64,000 bases of DNA from a virus: the IMG/VR virus record IMGVR_UViG_3300027648_000001, positions 1 to 64,000 of that record; one strand, written 5' to 3'. Both the position numbers and the translations under genes were made by a program. Every line of letters starts with the position of its first letter. Position 1 is the stretch's first letter. Under the pieces are notes generated by a model. It worked only from the letters and a program-made list of their open reading frames with translations. It made no database searches and was not told where the DNA came from. Shown in pieces: positions 49,305 to 58,789 of this stretch.

Positions 49305-49638
49305 TCCAATCATGGCACCGGACCTTGTTTGTATGACCTGCGGCCAGATAATGCGCCGGGAAATCACCGTTCAGCAATCCAACGGCAGACTCGACAAGAT
49401 TATGTATTCCTGCGATACGCCGAAATGCCAGTACACGGTTTCCATGACCAAGGAACACTCGAACGTCCAGGACGACAAGTACGTTCCTGTTCCCGCGCGG
49501 CCTAATCCATCGCCCGAAATACTGACTCCAGGTAAAGGCCCGGCCAAGCTAGCCGCAGCGTCTCCAGTTATCGTTACCGCGACAACTACCGTAACGGAAG
49601 AAGTATCAGCGGTGGTAGATACCGGCGATGATGTCTAG
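49288..49638 (+). CDS. hypothetical Zn-ribbon-like protein (116 aa)
   Basis: ORF track. CMTCG...CDTPKC pairs. TAG stop. Confidence 0.55.
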   Translation: MKPALSPIMAPDLVCMTCGQIMRREITVQQSNGRLDKIMYSCDTPKCQYTVSMTKEHSNVQDDKYVPVPARPNPSPEILTPGKGPAKLAAASPVIVTATTTVTEEVSAVVDTGDDV

Positions 49639-50077
49639 TCAAATTGACCAAGCTGTCTTCGGATTTCTGGTCGGCATGATTGCGGTCGGCGCTGTTGTGG
49701 TCGTTTATATCCTGCTTAAGGCGGTCATAGCTGCCACTGCGGCTATTCGCGAGCTAAACACCACACTTAAACCCATCTTCCAGAACGATGAAATCATTAA
49801 AGGCTTCCGCATGCTGAATGGTATTTCCGTCATTGCTTCCGGCATCGGCAGCCGAATGGATGCCCTAAACAGCACTCTAAAACTATTCACCTCCACGGTT
49901 TTTAGTAACCAGCCCAACGCCGCCCCCGCGCCGCCCGATTCTGGTGGTGTTTTTGTGTATTCCGAAGAAGAGGCGGCGGTTACCGAGGCTACTTCTCGGC
50001 TACGCAAGCAGGGCGTAGAACTGGAAGAAAGGGCCGTTAGCGCCAATACGGACGACGAAGTAAGCCCGGTATTCTAA
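49628..50077 (+). CDS. membrane-anchored protein (149 aa)
   Basis: ORF track. N-terminal TM segment VFGFLVGMIAVGAVVVVYILL. Confidence 0.6.
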   Translation: MMSSQIDQAVFGFLVGMIAVGAVVVVYILLKAVIAATAAIRELNTTLKPIFQNDEIIKGFRMLNGISVIASGIGSRMDALNSTLKLFTSTVFSNQPNAAPAPPDSGGVFVYSEEEAAVTEATSRLRKQGVELEERAVSANTDDEVSPVF

Positions 50078-50120
50078 AAATTTCTTGATCTCCCCCTCAA
50101 AATAAGTTCACTATCCTCGC

Positions 50121-50684
50121 GTGGTAACACGCGCATACATCGAAGTTTCTCCCGTCCATCGTAATCGCTACATCCGCCACGAAATTCTTGGGATGTCGTT
50201 AGAAGATATCGCCAAGGAAGATAATGTCGGACTCGGAACAGTAGTAAGGTCCATCGAAGTGGTAAAAATACAGAAGCATTACGTGGGCCTCGAATCACTG
50301 GAAGCGAGCGAGTCTGAGATTGTCGTTAATCTGAAAACCATGAAGCAGAAAGCCATCGAACGCGCCCTTGAAGCGGAAAGGAAAGTTTATGTAGAAAGCG
50401 GCCCGGATGCTGGCGAGGTGCTTACCGTTGAGCCGGATCACGAAGTGCAGCTAAGGGCCGTAGAAAGCATCACCGAAATAAGTAAGGCAGTTCTATCCCG
50501 CCATGCAAAAGGCAACTCCCAGACGGTCAATGTCGGCGTAGGAGTCGGCGTTACGAACAATTTCACTAGCTTTGAAGACAGGTTGCGAGATGTAAAGAAG
50601 AGAATGGAAACTCCGGAGAATGGGCTTCCTCCCGCCGTTATCGACATAGCGCCCGAAAAGGCCGCTAATGGAAATACCACGTAA
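50121..50684 (+). CDS. putative terminase small subunit / HTH protein
   Basis: Sits directly upstream of and overlapping terL. HTH-like LSLEDIAKEDNVGLGTVVRSIE. GTG start. Assignment is positional. Confidence 0.45.
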   Translation: MVTRAYIEVSPVHRNRYIRHEILGMSLEDIAKEDNVGLGTVVRSIEVVKIQKHYVGLESLEASESEIVVNLKTMKQKAIERALEAERKVYVESGPDAGEVLTVEPDHEVQLRAVESITEISKAVLSRHAKGNSQTVNVGVGVGVTNNFTSFEDRLRDVKKRMETPENGLPPAVIDIAPEKAANGNTT

Positions 50685-52680
50685 GGACCGCACGTTAGAC
50701 GAGGCTATCCAAGTACTAGACGGCCGCTTCGATGAAGCTGAAGGCGACGTTAATGTTGCCTACCAGCTTCTTTCCAAGTACGAGCTTGATTTCGTGGACG
50801 AAGAAATCAGGAAGTGCCTGGATTTCCGCTATTACGCCGAAAACTACCACATCATTAACAGTAAACACAAAGGAATCATGACGCTGTATCCCTTCCTCGA
50901 AAGCCAGGAAATTTTTTACGAAAAAATAGTAGAAATACAAAGAACAGGAAAGCCGGTACAGGTGATCTGTCTTAAGGCCCGCCAATTGGGCCTATCTACT
51001 GTAAATGAAGCGCTTATTTTACACAGAACGATTTTCAACGAAGTCTGCAATTCAATCATCGTGGCCCAAGATCCCGGTATAGCTGACTGGCTTTTCACTA
51101 TGTCCCGTCTGGCCTACGACTGCTTACCGTGGTGGTTACGCCCGGAACGCCGTTATGAATCCAAGGGGCGGTACTTAGAGTTTGATCGGCGTGATGATGT
51201 TATGCGTATGAGCAAGCCAGGACTACGTTCCATGATTCTAGTAGAAGCAGCAAACAAGATGTCCGGTCTAGGGGTTGGAAAGTCATTCAAATGTGCTCAC
51301 TTGAGTGAAATTTCAAGCTGGCCGGACGCCAAGGCGCTTTCTGAACAGCTTTTCCCTTCCTTTTCGAATACTCCGGACCAGATTGCCGTGATGGAATCTA
51401 CTGCGCGAGGCCGCGATAACTTCTTTTACGACCTCTGGAAGGCTGCTTGGGAAGGGAATATAACCTGGACTCCTATATTCATAGAATTTTTCCGCCTAAA
51501 ACAGTATTCCATTCCTATCACTGCCGGAGCTACCTTCGAGCGCACTAAAGATGAAGAAGCTCTGGCACACAAGGTCCAGGAAGCCACGAAAGTGGCATTG
51601 ACTGACGCGCAACTGAACTGGCGGCGCTCGCAAATGCAGATTTCCAGGACCCTTAATCGCGGTGATGATTCCAGTTTCTATCAGGAATACCCTGGGTCTA
51701 CATGGATGGAGGCATTCCAAGGTTCCGGTATCTGCGCGTTTAACAAGCGCAAACTGCAACTGATCCTGGAATCAACCTGTGCGCAGCCAACCTATTACGG
51801 CGAGATAGAACTAAAACAAAACAAAGACGCCAAGTGGATTTCCGAGCCGCGCCTTACTGAAAGGAAAAAGGGAGAAAAGGCACCTCCGGCAGTTGATTAT
51901 GGTTCGCGGTTATATGTCTGGGAACAGCCCGAAAAAGAATCTACTTACATCATCGGTGCCGACGTGGCGCACGGAATCTACGGCGGAGATTTTTCCTGTG
52001 CTCAAGTGCTTAAGATTGGCTACGGACCACAGCCGGACGTACAGGTTGCGGAATGGCACGGATGGATAAATCCAACGCCGTACGGGGACACTATCTGCGC
52101 CTTGGGCTACTGGTATAACACTGCCATGATTGCAGTTGAATGTAACGATGTGGGCCAGTCCACCAATGCCCGCGTTATGCGTGTTTTGGAATACCCTAAC
52201 CTGTTCAGGTGGAAACACTACGACAAAATCAAGAATTTCATGACCGATTTCTTCGGTTGGTACACCAACGTTAAGACTCGCGATTTGATTATCGCCAAAT
52301 TCCGCGAATTTATTGACGACAACATGATAATTATTCGCAATGAGGACCTGATCGATGAATGCTTCGACTTTTCATCCGTAGATGATAGCCGTTTCGAAGG
52401 ACAGGCTACTAAGGATGACCGTGTTTTTGCCATGATGATTGCCATTTTCTGCGCCCACGACGCGGAAGGCTGGAGCAGTGACGGCGGCAATATCATCAAG
52501 ACCCCACCGAAGAAGGATCTGCCGAAAGACAGGGACTTCAATAATACCGATTTTAGCCATCTGGAAGACCCAAAAAGAGAAGGCCGGGTTCACCCGAATG
52601 AAGACCCGCCAGCAGAAGTCAGCATGCACGAAGAAATGTACGCGTCGAGCGGCGACGACGATGGGTGGAGAATTTTATAG
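50668..52680 (+). CDS. terL: terminase large subunit
   Basis: Walker-A-like KARQLGLST, AHLSEIS coupling/Walker-B region, nuclease-domain YIIGADVAHG. 670 aa. TAG stop. Confidence 0.85.
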   Translation: MEIPRKDRTLDEAIQVLDGRFDEAEGDVNVAYQLLSKYELDFVDEEIRKCLDFRYYAENYHIINSKHKGIMTLYPFLESQEIFYEKIVEIQRTGKPVQVICLKARQLGLSTVNEALILHRTIFNEVCNSIIVAQDPGIADWLFTMSRLAYDCLPWWLRPERRYESKGRYLEFDRRDDVMRMSKPGLRSMILVEAANKMSGLGVGKSFKCAHLSEISSWPDAKALSEQLFPSFSNTPDQIAVMESTARGRDNFFYDLWKAAWEGNITWTPIFIEFFRLKQYSIPITAGATFERTKDEEALAHKVQEATKVALTDAQLNWRRSQMQISRTLNRGDDSSFYQEYPGSTWMEAFQGSGICAFNKRKLQLILESTCAQPTYYGEIELKQNKDAKWISEPRLTERKKGEKAPPAVDYGSRLYVWEQPEKESTYIIGADVAHGIYGGDFSCAQVLKIGYGPQPDVQVAEWHGWINPTPYGDTICALGYWYNTAMIAVECNDVGQSTNARVMRVLEYPNLFRWKHYDKIKNFMTDFFGWYTNVKTRDLIIAKFREFIDDNMIIIRNEDLIDECFDFSSVDDSRFEGQATKDDRVFAMMIAIFCAHDAEGWSSDGGNIIKTPPKKDLPKDRDFNNTDFSHLEDPKREGRVHPNEDPPAEVSMHEEMYASSGDDDGWRIL

Positions 52681-52689
52681 GAGAGTGGT

Positions 52690-53313
52690 ATGCCACACAC
52701 AGGTTTAGCTTGTCCCACTTGTGACAAAGAGCTTATGAGCGGCGGCCAGGGAGTGTTTGGATATACCTGCGGCACGCATACTTTTAGTGACACGGAAGCG
52801 CTTTTGGCCATGAATCCTCGCCGGATACCCATTGCTATGCCAATTCGAAAGCCGCAAGACGGTCTTGCTGAACTTCGACTATCAGTTCCGGCGAAGCTGA
52901 TTGAAGCTCTGAGGGAAAAATTCAAGGACAGACTAGAAGCGGCGGCAACCGTTATTTTTATAGCATTACTTGATGCCGGGTCGTTCATTGTGACAGGCTT
53001 CGATGTGGAAAGACTGAAGGACCTATTTGGCCAGAAGGTCGATAACTCTGGAAAAATGATCGGCCTGATTTACAGCATGAAGACCGAGCGCGACGAGGCT
53101 AGAAAAGAAGCGGAAGCGTACAAGTCCAATGTAACCAGTGGCGCACTGAAGGCTGAAGTGAACAACATAGAAGGTAGCTTCGTTCAAGTTTCGTTGCGGC
53201 TAGAGATTGAGGACTACATGGCCATCCAAGGTAAGGCCAAGTTCAACAACGCCTCAACGCCTAATTATATCGTTGATGTTATCAAAAACGCTCTACTGAA
53301 CAATTGGTTTTGA
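52690..53313 (+). CDS. hypothetical protein (207 aa) between terL and portal
   Basis: ORF track. N-terminal CPTC...C Zn-ribbon-like element. Same frame as terL, separated only by TAG plus 3 codons. Confidence 0.6.
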   Translation: MPHTGLACPTCDKELMSGGQGVFGYTCGTHTFSDTEALLAMNPRRIPIAMPIRKPQDGLAELRLSVPAKLIEALREKFKDRLEAAATVIFIALLDAGSFIVTGFDVERLKDLFGQKVDNSGKMIGLIYSMKTERDEARKEAEAYKSNVTSGALKAEVNNIEGSFVQVSLRLEIEDYMAIQGKAKFNNASTPNYIVDVIKNALLNNWF

Positions 53314-53323
53314 AGGAACGTGA

Positions 53324-56212
53324 ATGGCTGACGATCAGTTTTTCCCAGAACTCGTAGGCGTAACTTCGGACCCAGAATCCGGCACTATCGGCTATGTTGG
53401 CGGGTCCGAGCAGGAATATGCGACCAGGACGAGGTTGTGGCTGGAGTCCGCGTACGAAGAGGCTACCTACGAACAGTCGCAGAACGAGGAAGTCAAAAAG
53501 ATCGATAAGTATATTGAATATATCATGGGCAAGCAGTGGCCCTCACGCCGTCCGTCTTACCGATCTTCTCCCATAAACAACCGGATCTGGCGGTTATTGT
53601 GGGAGCTTGTCGCCATCATGACCGACATCCGACCCATCTTCCAAATCAAGGCGACCAAGGAATCGTACGCCAAACCGGCAGAGATGCTTAACAAAGTCAC
53701 GCGCTCATGGTGGCTTACCTCTGATTCCGACATGGCGTTGGGCAATATCATTCTGTATGCAATCCTGACTACCGGCTACGGAAAGCTAACCTGGAACAAT
53801 GAACTACGAAATGGGCAGGGAGATTTAGAGCTTCAGCCGCTCGGCCCGCTCGATGTACTACCACTAAAACCGCGCCATACCCTTCAATCTGCGCAGGCTG
53901 TGATTTACAAATCGGTGATGCCGCTAGGCTGGTTCAAGCAGAAGTTCGGTGCGAAGGGGGCGCTGGTTCAGTCTGACCCTGGTTTTTCACGGTACGCGAC
54001 TTCACCGGGCCGTCCAACACACATCCCTTCGATGATTTTCGATGCGCTAAGCCCGCAGATGCAGCGCAAGATCGGCAGTCCGGAAAGGATTCAGGACAGC
54101 GCTTATCCCACCGCGCTCTATCGTGAGTTCTGGATCAAGGATTGGACGTTCAATGAGAGCAACGCGCCCGTAACTATGGGCAGGCCGAAATCTAACTGGT
54201 GTTATACCGTTCCGCCAGGCAAGAGACTCTATCCGCGCGGTCGTCTGATTGCGATGGGTGGACGGCACATTCTCTATGACGGCCCGAATCCTTACTGGCA
54301 CGGACTATTTCCGTTCGATGTTCTGCGTATGAACGTGGTGCCGTGGCAATTTATGGGTTTATGTTATTCATCTGATACTGAAGTGCTTACCAAGCGTGGT
54401 TGGATTATGTTCTGGGAAGCAAGAGAAGATGACGAATTTGCAACGCGCCAAATTGGCACCGGTAAATTTGAGTGGCAGAAAGCAGTTCGTTTCACTAATC
54501 GGCCATATACCGGACGAATGTACAACTTCAAATCGCGCTCAGTAGATTTACTTGTAACCCCAGAACATAAAATGCTGGTTAACTGCCTGCCGCGAAAGTT
54601 AGGTGGTAACAAAAAGCGTAGTGGTGAAACCTCAATAACGGCCGCTGAATTAGCAGCATTTGGAAACCATCACACAGCCATACCGCAGACTTCTACTTGG
54701 GACGCCCCGGACATTGGCGAGAAAGTTTTTAGGACGGGACATTATTACAATAAGCCGGTAACTATGAGCGGTGATGATTACTGTGCATTTATGGGAGCGT
54801 ACCTTTCAGAAGGTTGGTGCGATAAGAATTGCGTAAATATATGCCAATTTGAAAAATCAAAAGGATACGAGCCGTACCGCGAATTACTGGCGAGAATATT
54901 GAGCAAAGAACCACCTAGAAACAAGCACGATTTTTATATTCCTAGGCGCGGTTTAGTTAAATTCTGTAAACAGTTTGGCTTGAGCCATGAAAAATATATT
55001 CCAGATGACATCATGAACGCTTCCACTCGCCAGATTGGAATATTTTTCAAGTTCTTTATGCTTGGAGATGGAAGCTTAAGGAAAAGAACCGCAGGGAAGA
55101 TTCGTTCCGGAGAAGAATTCCGGCAAAGACTGTCTACGGTAAGTAAAAGGCTGGCGAATCAACTTCAGGAGGTAGTTCAGAAAATCGGGTGGTCTGCTTC
55201 TATCGTAAAGCGCACTCCGGAAACAGGGAAATGGAAAAACGGTAGGGTTGGCAAGGCGCGTCCAAGTTATGACTTAATTGTTCGCTATTCTAAGGATATG
55301 GCCGTTAAGTCTTCCATAATCGATTACGATGGAACGATCCACTGCGTTACTGTACCGAACGGATTTTTGTACGTTCGTCGTAACGGCAGACCGTCATGGT
55401 GTGGGAATAGCGACCTCGGCCCGCTAATTCCACTACAGGACATCATCAATAATATTCTTGCCGGTGTGCTCGACATGGTTAAGAAGGCCGTTAACCCTGG
55501 GTTTTTCGGCCCTAAGAACGCATTTACCGAATCCACTTGGGACACGATTGATTGGTCCATGCCCGGAATGCGGATTGGGTTTAATCCCATGACCACCATG
55601 AAGCCTGAATTTGCGCCTGCCGTGCAGCTTCCTAGCTTCGTGATGCAGTTAGGAATGATGATATCGAAGGAAATGGACCAGTCTTCGGGAATCGCTGCTA
55701 TCACGGAAATGCTGAAGAAGAAGCAGGTGCCAAGCGGCGAAACGCTGGACAAGGTGAAGGATGCGCAGCAAACGCCGTTGCGTCTAAAAGGTCGTAATAT
55801 TGAAGTGTTTCTGCGCAATCTTGGTACCCAAAATATCTCCAATATTTTTCAGTTTTATGACGCAGAGCGCAGATTTACCATGCTAGGAAGCGCTGGCGTT
55901 ACGGATCAAGACTTCGATTGGGACCCTGGCAGTGCGGTTCCGGCTGGAATGAAGCCGGAAGATTTTGCGCGTTCATTTACCTTCACGATTGAACCTGGCA
56001 GCTTGCTAAATGCAAATCGAATCGATGAGGCGATGATGTTCGCACGCCTGCGTATGATGGGCGATCTGGACCGCGCAACGTTCTTCAAGAAACTTGACCT
56101 TGGACTGGACGTTGGACAAGTAGAGGCTGGCTTGAAACGTGAAGCGCAACAAGGAATCCCAATGCACCCGCCAAAGGGTAAGCAGGCTGCGGGCGCGGGA
56201 ATGCCAAAGTGA
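53324..56212 (+). CDS. portal protein interrupted by an intein
   Basis: Position after terL. The extein sum of about 613 aa is portal-sized. A 349-aa Hint+LAGLIDADG insert is present. Confidence 0.75.
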   Translation: MADDQFFPELVGVTSDPESGTIGYVGGSEQEYATRTRLWLESAYEEATYEQSQNEEVKKIDKYIEYIMGKQWPSRRPSYRSSPINNRIWRLLWELVAIMTDIRPIFQIKATKESYAKPAEMLNKVTRSWWLTSDSDMALGNIILYAILTTGYGKLTWNNELRNGQGDLELQPLGPLDVLPLKPRHTLQSAQAVIYKSVMPLGWFKQKFGAKGALVQSDPGFSRYATSPGRPTHIPSMIFDALSPQMQRKIGSPERIQDSAYPTALYREFWIKDWTFNESNAPVTMGRPKSNWCYTVPPGKRLYPRGRLIAMGGRHILYDGPNPYWHGLFPFDVLRMNVVPWQFMGLCYSSDTEVLTKRGWIMFWEAREDDEFATRQIGTGKFEWQKAVRFTNRPYTGRMYNFKSRSVDLLVTPEHKMLVNCLPRKLGGNKKRSGETSITAAELAAFGNHHTAIPQTSTWDAPDIGEKVFRTGHYYNKPVTMSGDDYCAFMGAYLSEGWCDKNCVNICQFEKSKGYEPYRELLARILSKEPPRNKHDFYIPRRGLVKFCKQFGLSHEKYIPDDIMNASTRQIGIFFKFFMLGDGSLRKRTAGKIRSGEEFRQRLSTVSKRLANQLQEVVQKIGWSASIVKRTPETGKWKNGRVGKARPSYDLIVRYSKDMAVKSSIIDYDGTIHCVTVPNGFLYVRRNGRPSWCGNSDLGPLIPLQDIINNILAGVLDMVKKAVNPGFFGPKNAFTESTWDTIDWSMPGMRIGFNPMTTMKPEFAPAVQLPSFVMQLGMMISKEMDQSSGIAAITEMLKKKQVPSGETLDKVKDAQQTPLRLKGRNIEVFLRNLGTQNISNIFQFYDAERRFTMLGSAGVTDQDFDWDPGSAVPAGMKPEDFARSFTFTIEPGSLLNANRIDEAMMFARLRMMGDLDRATFFKKLDLGLDVGQVEAGLKREAQQGIPMHPPKGKQAAGAGMPK
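54362..55408 (+). mobile_element. intein (Hint domain with LAGLIDADG homing endonuclease), 349 aa
   Basis: Starts at Cys (GL|CYSSDTEVLTKRGW). Block B is VTPEH. LAGLIDADG motifs are FMGAYLSEGW and FFKFFMLGDGS. Ends ...WCGN|S with +1 Ser. The penultimate residue is Gly, not His. Confidence 0.8.
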
Positions 56213-56373
56213 ACGGGTACTACCTAACATCGCCGGAAAGTAAAACACTCGTGCTTACCAAAGAGGTGTTCGAAGCTTTCGAAGAAATTATTCGCCGTTC
56301 GTCAGGTTCGGTAACCGTACAGTTTAGGGCCGGTGGAGTGGCCGGTGTAACGGTAACAAAAGTTTACAAGTAA
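56209..56373 (+). CDS. hypothetical protein (54 aa, GTG start)
   Basis: Hand-read VNGYYLTSPESKTLVLTKEVFEAFEEIIRR... GTGA overlap with the portal stop. Confidence 0.45.
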   Translation: MNGYYLTSPESKTLVLTKEVFEAFEEIIRRSSGSVTVQFRAGGVAGVTVTKVYK

Positions 56374-56376
56374 TCC

Positions 56377-56405
56377 TTGACAGTTGTTTTTAGAAAACCG
56401 AACAT
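56377..56405 (+). promoter_or_regulatory. candidate promoter TTGACA-N17-GAACAT
   Basis: Consensus -35, weak -10. About 100 nt upstream of a strong terminator. Confidence 0.4.
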
Positions 56406-56475
56406 CGGGATTGAAAATTAAGGTTTAAGCCGCTGATCCAAGCTCTCCGGGAAACCGGAAACTGGCAAGCGATTC

Positions 56476-56512
56476 GGCTCTCATGGTTAACCCCGTGAGG
56501 GCCATTTTTTTT
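56476..56512 (+). terminator. rho-independent terminator
   Basis: 11-bp stem GGCTCTCATGG/CCGTGAGGGCC (2 G-U pairs), loop TTAACC, followed by A-TTTTTTTT. Confidence 0.8.
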
Positions 56513-56523
56513 GGGAGAGCAAA

Positions 56524-56763
56524 ATGTCGATACCAACCTGGTTAAAGGTTATTTCCCCGCTGGCAGACATTATCAGCGACGCGGAAGGCGGGGGTGGCGG
56601 CGGAAGTAGTAAGCGCCAACAGCAACCCCCTAGCTACAAGCGTGGTGGAAAAGTAAGAAAAACCGGCCTAGCCAGAGTACACAAAGGTGAAATGGTAATT
56701 CCGGTTGGACGCGGCAAGAAAAAGGGGCGCGGTAAGAAACGTTTTGGTAGCGGAAGGATGTAG
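56524..56763 (+). CDS. small Gly/Lys-rich basic protein (79 aa)
   Basis: ORF track. GGGAGAGCAAA-ATG. TAG stop. Confidence 0.5.
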   Translation: MSIPTWLKVISPLADIISDAEGGGGGGSSKRQQQPPSYKRGGKVRKTGLARVHKGEMVIPVGRGKKKGRGKKRFGSGRM

Positions 56764-56765
56764 CC

Positions 56766-56951
56766 ATCCCCTGGACGAGCAAAGACGCAAAGCGCCACAC
56801 GCGCAAAGCAAAGAGCGCGAAGTCGCAGCGACAGTGGTCACGTATTTCGAACAGCATGCTCGAACGTGGTGAATCGGAAGGGGCCGCTATCCGGGCCGCC
56901 AACGGGGTTATAGCCAAGCGGAAACGCGGCAGGAAGTCGGGCCGCTCATAG
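56766..56951 (+). CDS. conserved small basic phage protein, no canonical start codon
   Basis: The frame IPWTSKDAKRHTRKAKSAKSQRQWSRISNSMLERGESEGAAIRAANGVIAKRKRGRKSGRS resembles a family seen near head genes. The only SD (GGAAGGA) sits 7 nt before ATC 56766. In-frame TAG and TAA lie just upstream. Confidence 0.4.
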   Translation: MPWTSKDAKRHTRKAKSAKSQRQWSRISNSMLERGESEGAAIRAANGVIAKRKRGRKSGRS

Positions 56952-56959
56952 GAGGCAAG

Positions 56960-57118
56960 ATGGCAAGGCGTGGAAAGAAAGGTCGTGGGTTGCCGATAAA
57001 ACTCCGTGGCTTGACCGCAGGTGGAGGCAAAGGGTCCGGCAAGGGTGGTTTTTCGGCAATGCAGGCACCTACCAAGCTGAGCAAGCGTCACCGCAAGCTC
57101 GGTAGTGGCCGCAGTTAA
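56960..57118 (+). CDS. small basic protein (52 aa)
   Basis: Hand-read MARRGKKGRGLPIKLRGLTAGGGKGSGKGG... behind TAGGAGG. Confidence 0.5.
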   Translation: MARRGKKGRGLPIKLRGLTAGGGKGSGKGGFSAMQAPTKLSKRHRKLGSGRS

Positions 57119-57136
57119 TTCCAGGAGGAATTGAAA

Positions 57137-57307
57137 ATGGCAAGCATCAAGGAAAAATCTGAAATGTTCGAGGGGCACGGCGAAGATTCGAAGGCACCTT
57201 CCGTCAAGAAGGGAACCTTCATGCAAGTCGGCACTGTGATCCCACTGCAAACTAAGGCTTACAGCCCCAACAGCAAGAACGGCAGCGCGTCCGGGGATGA
57301 AGTCTAA
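57137..57307 (+). CDS. small protein (56 aa)
   Basis: Hand-read MASIKEKSEMFEGHGEDSKAPSVKKGTFMQV... behind CAGGAGG. Confidence 0.5.
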   Translation: MASIKEKSEMFEGHGEDSKAPSVKKGTFMQVGTVIPLQTKAYSPNSKNGSASGDEV

Positions 57308-57335
57308 CGTCTCATTTGAGACAAAGGGGTAAGCG

Positions 57336-57701
57336 ATGGGCAGTGCGCCAACTCTATCTCAGCCGCCTCCACAGCCGCCGAACGTAACGGGCCAGCAAGG
57401 CCAGTCACCGTACGCCGGATCTGCGGCCATGATGCAGAGCAAACTTCAGCAAGGCCAAGGCGGCGAGGTTAACCCACGCGGCGCATTGCTTCAGATGGGC
57501 GACGGAATCAAGAAAGTCCTCGATCAGATGGCCAAGATGGAGTCGGCCTTCGCTCCCTTTGCAGACCGTATTCGCTCTCTGATTGATGCCGGAATCGGCG
57601 CAATCAATTCGGGTGGGCCTCCAGGAACCCAGCCGAAAGACGGAGAAACCACTGGCCCGGCAAGTATGAAGCCGGATCAGAGCGAAGGATTCCCTGGTTA
57701 A
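57336..57701 (+). CDS. hypothetical Gln/Pro/Gly-rich protein (121 aa)
   Basis: ORF track. AAGGGG SD. Confidence 0.6.
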   Translation: MGSAPTLSQPPPQPPNVTGQQGQSPYAGSAAMMQSKLQQGQGGEVNPRGALLQMGDGIKKVLDQMAKMESAFAPFADRIRSLIDAGIGAINSGGPPGTQPKDGETTGPASMKPDQSEGFPG

Positions 57702-57760
57702 TTAACAACTAACACCGCAGCCAGCGCAGCCCTTTACGGGAAGCTGGAAGGGAGAAATAG

Positions 57761-58666
57761 GTGGCACAGCTAATTAAGCCGGTTGAAAACCTTATCGCTC
57801 TAATCACAGACGAGAACGATAGGAATGCTTTACGGCAGTCATTTGAAAAATATGATTTTTTACAACGTGCTGTTGAGTCAGACCTTCGCCAGCAGGATTA
57901 CGACAAGAAAATGAACGAGGCGAAAGTGGAAGTCGAAAGGTATCAGCAGCAAGCCAAGAAATGGGATGACTGGGCAACTGAAAACGTTCCCAAGCACGAC
58001 AAGCTTTTGAATATGTACAACGACCTCGAAAAGAAGGCCAAGACCCTGGAAGAAGAGAAGGCATTGGCGGTAGCGGCGGCGGTAAAAGACGCTGGCGAAG
58101 GCGCAAAAACGGTGGACCCGGCAGCTATTTTGAAACAGGTGGACGAAATAATCGCCAAGCGCGGTTACGTGAACAAGGACGAGATCCCGAAGCTTGTTGC
58201 ACAAGAGGCCGCTAGGACTTCCAAGGAAGAAATCGGTAAGGTTCAGGACGCTTTCTTCAGAACCACTGTTCCAGGTGTAATGGCCGAAATGATGAACATG
58301 AACAAGCTTCAGTTCAACCACATGAAAGAGTTCAACGGGGAGCTTTTTGATACTGAAAAGTTCTCAACCTTCCGCGCGGAAAAGAAAATCATGGACTTGA
58401 ACGAAGCTTACGACCGCTTTGTGGCCGATGCTCGCAAGACTGCCGAAACCGCAAAGTTGACCAAGGACATCACGGAAAAAGTCGAGAAGGAATTTGCCAG
58501 CAAGCACAACTTGCCCGGATCGGGCGTGCCTGCGGCTCCGGAACTTGGTCCGTTGCAGATTAACCGTTTGGGCAAGGCACCTACTCTTCCTGCGGATACG
58601 GAAATCGGCGACAACCGTGCAGCTTACGCTGCTGGGGCCGAGCTTCGCGCAGAGGGAAAATGGTAA
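57761..58666 (+). CDS. putative scaffolding protein (coiled-coil, 301 aa, GTG start)
   Basis: Charged, helix-rich sequence immediately upstream of the capsid gene. Assignment is positional. Confidence 0.55.
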   Translation: MAQLIKPVENLIALITDENDRNALRQSFEKYDFLQRAVESDLRQQDYDKKMNEAKVEVERYQQQAKKWDDWATENVPKHDKLLNMYNDLEKKAKTLEEEKALAVAAAVKDAGEGAKTVDPAAILKQVDEIIAKRGYVNKDEIPKLVAQEAARTSKEEIGKVQDAFFRTTVPGVMAEMMNMNKLQFNHMKEFNGELFDTEKFSTFRAEKKIMDLNEAYDRFVADARKTAETAKLTKDITEKVEKEFASKHNLPGSGVPAAPELGPLQINRLGKAPTLPADTEIGDNRAAYAAGAELRAEGKW

Positions 58667-58789
58667 AAATCGCGGTAACTGGAAGGCGTAACGCCGCAGC
58701 CGGGAATCGCAAGAAGTGACAGGCGGAAGGAAGCCGAAGCAGGGCGCAGCCGATGAGCCTGGGAACGTAACTTATAGGAGGATAAAGAC

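Noticed and set aside
56630-57250. 206-aa minus-strand ORF across the region after the portal module
   Set aside because: The same DNA carries three or four short plus-strand ORFs, each with a strong SD (TAGGAGG, CAGGAGG). The region is GC-rich and open in several frames by composition.
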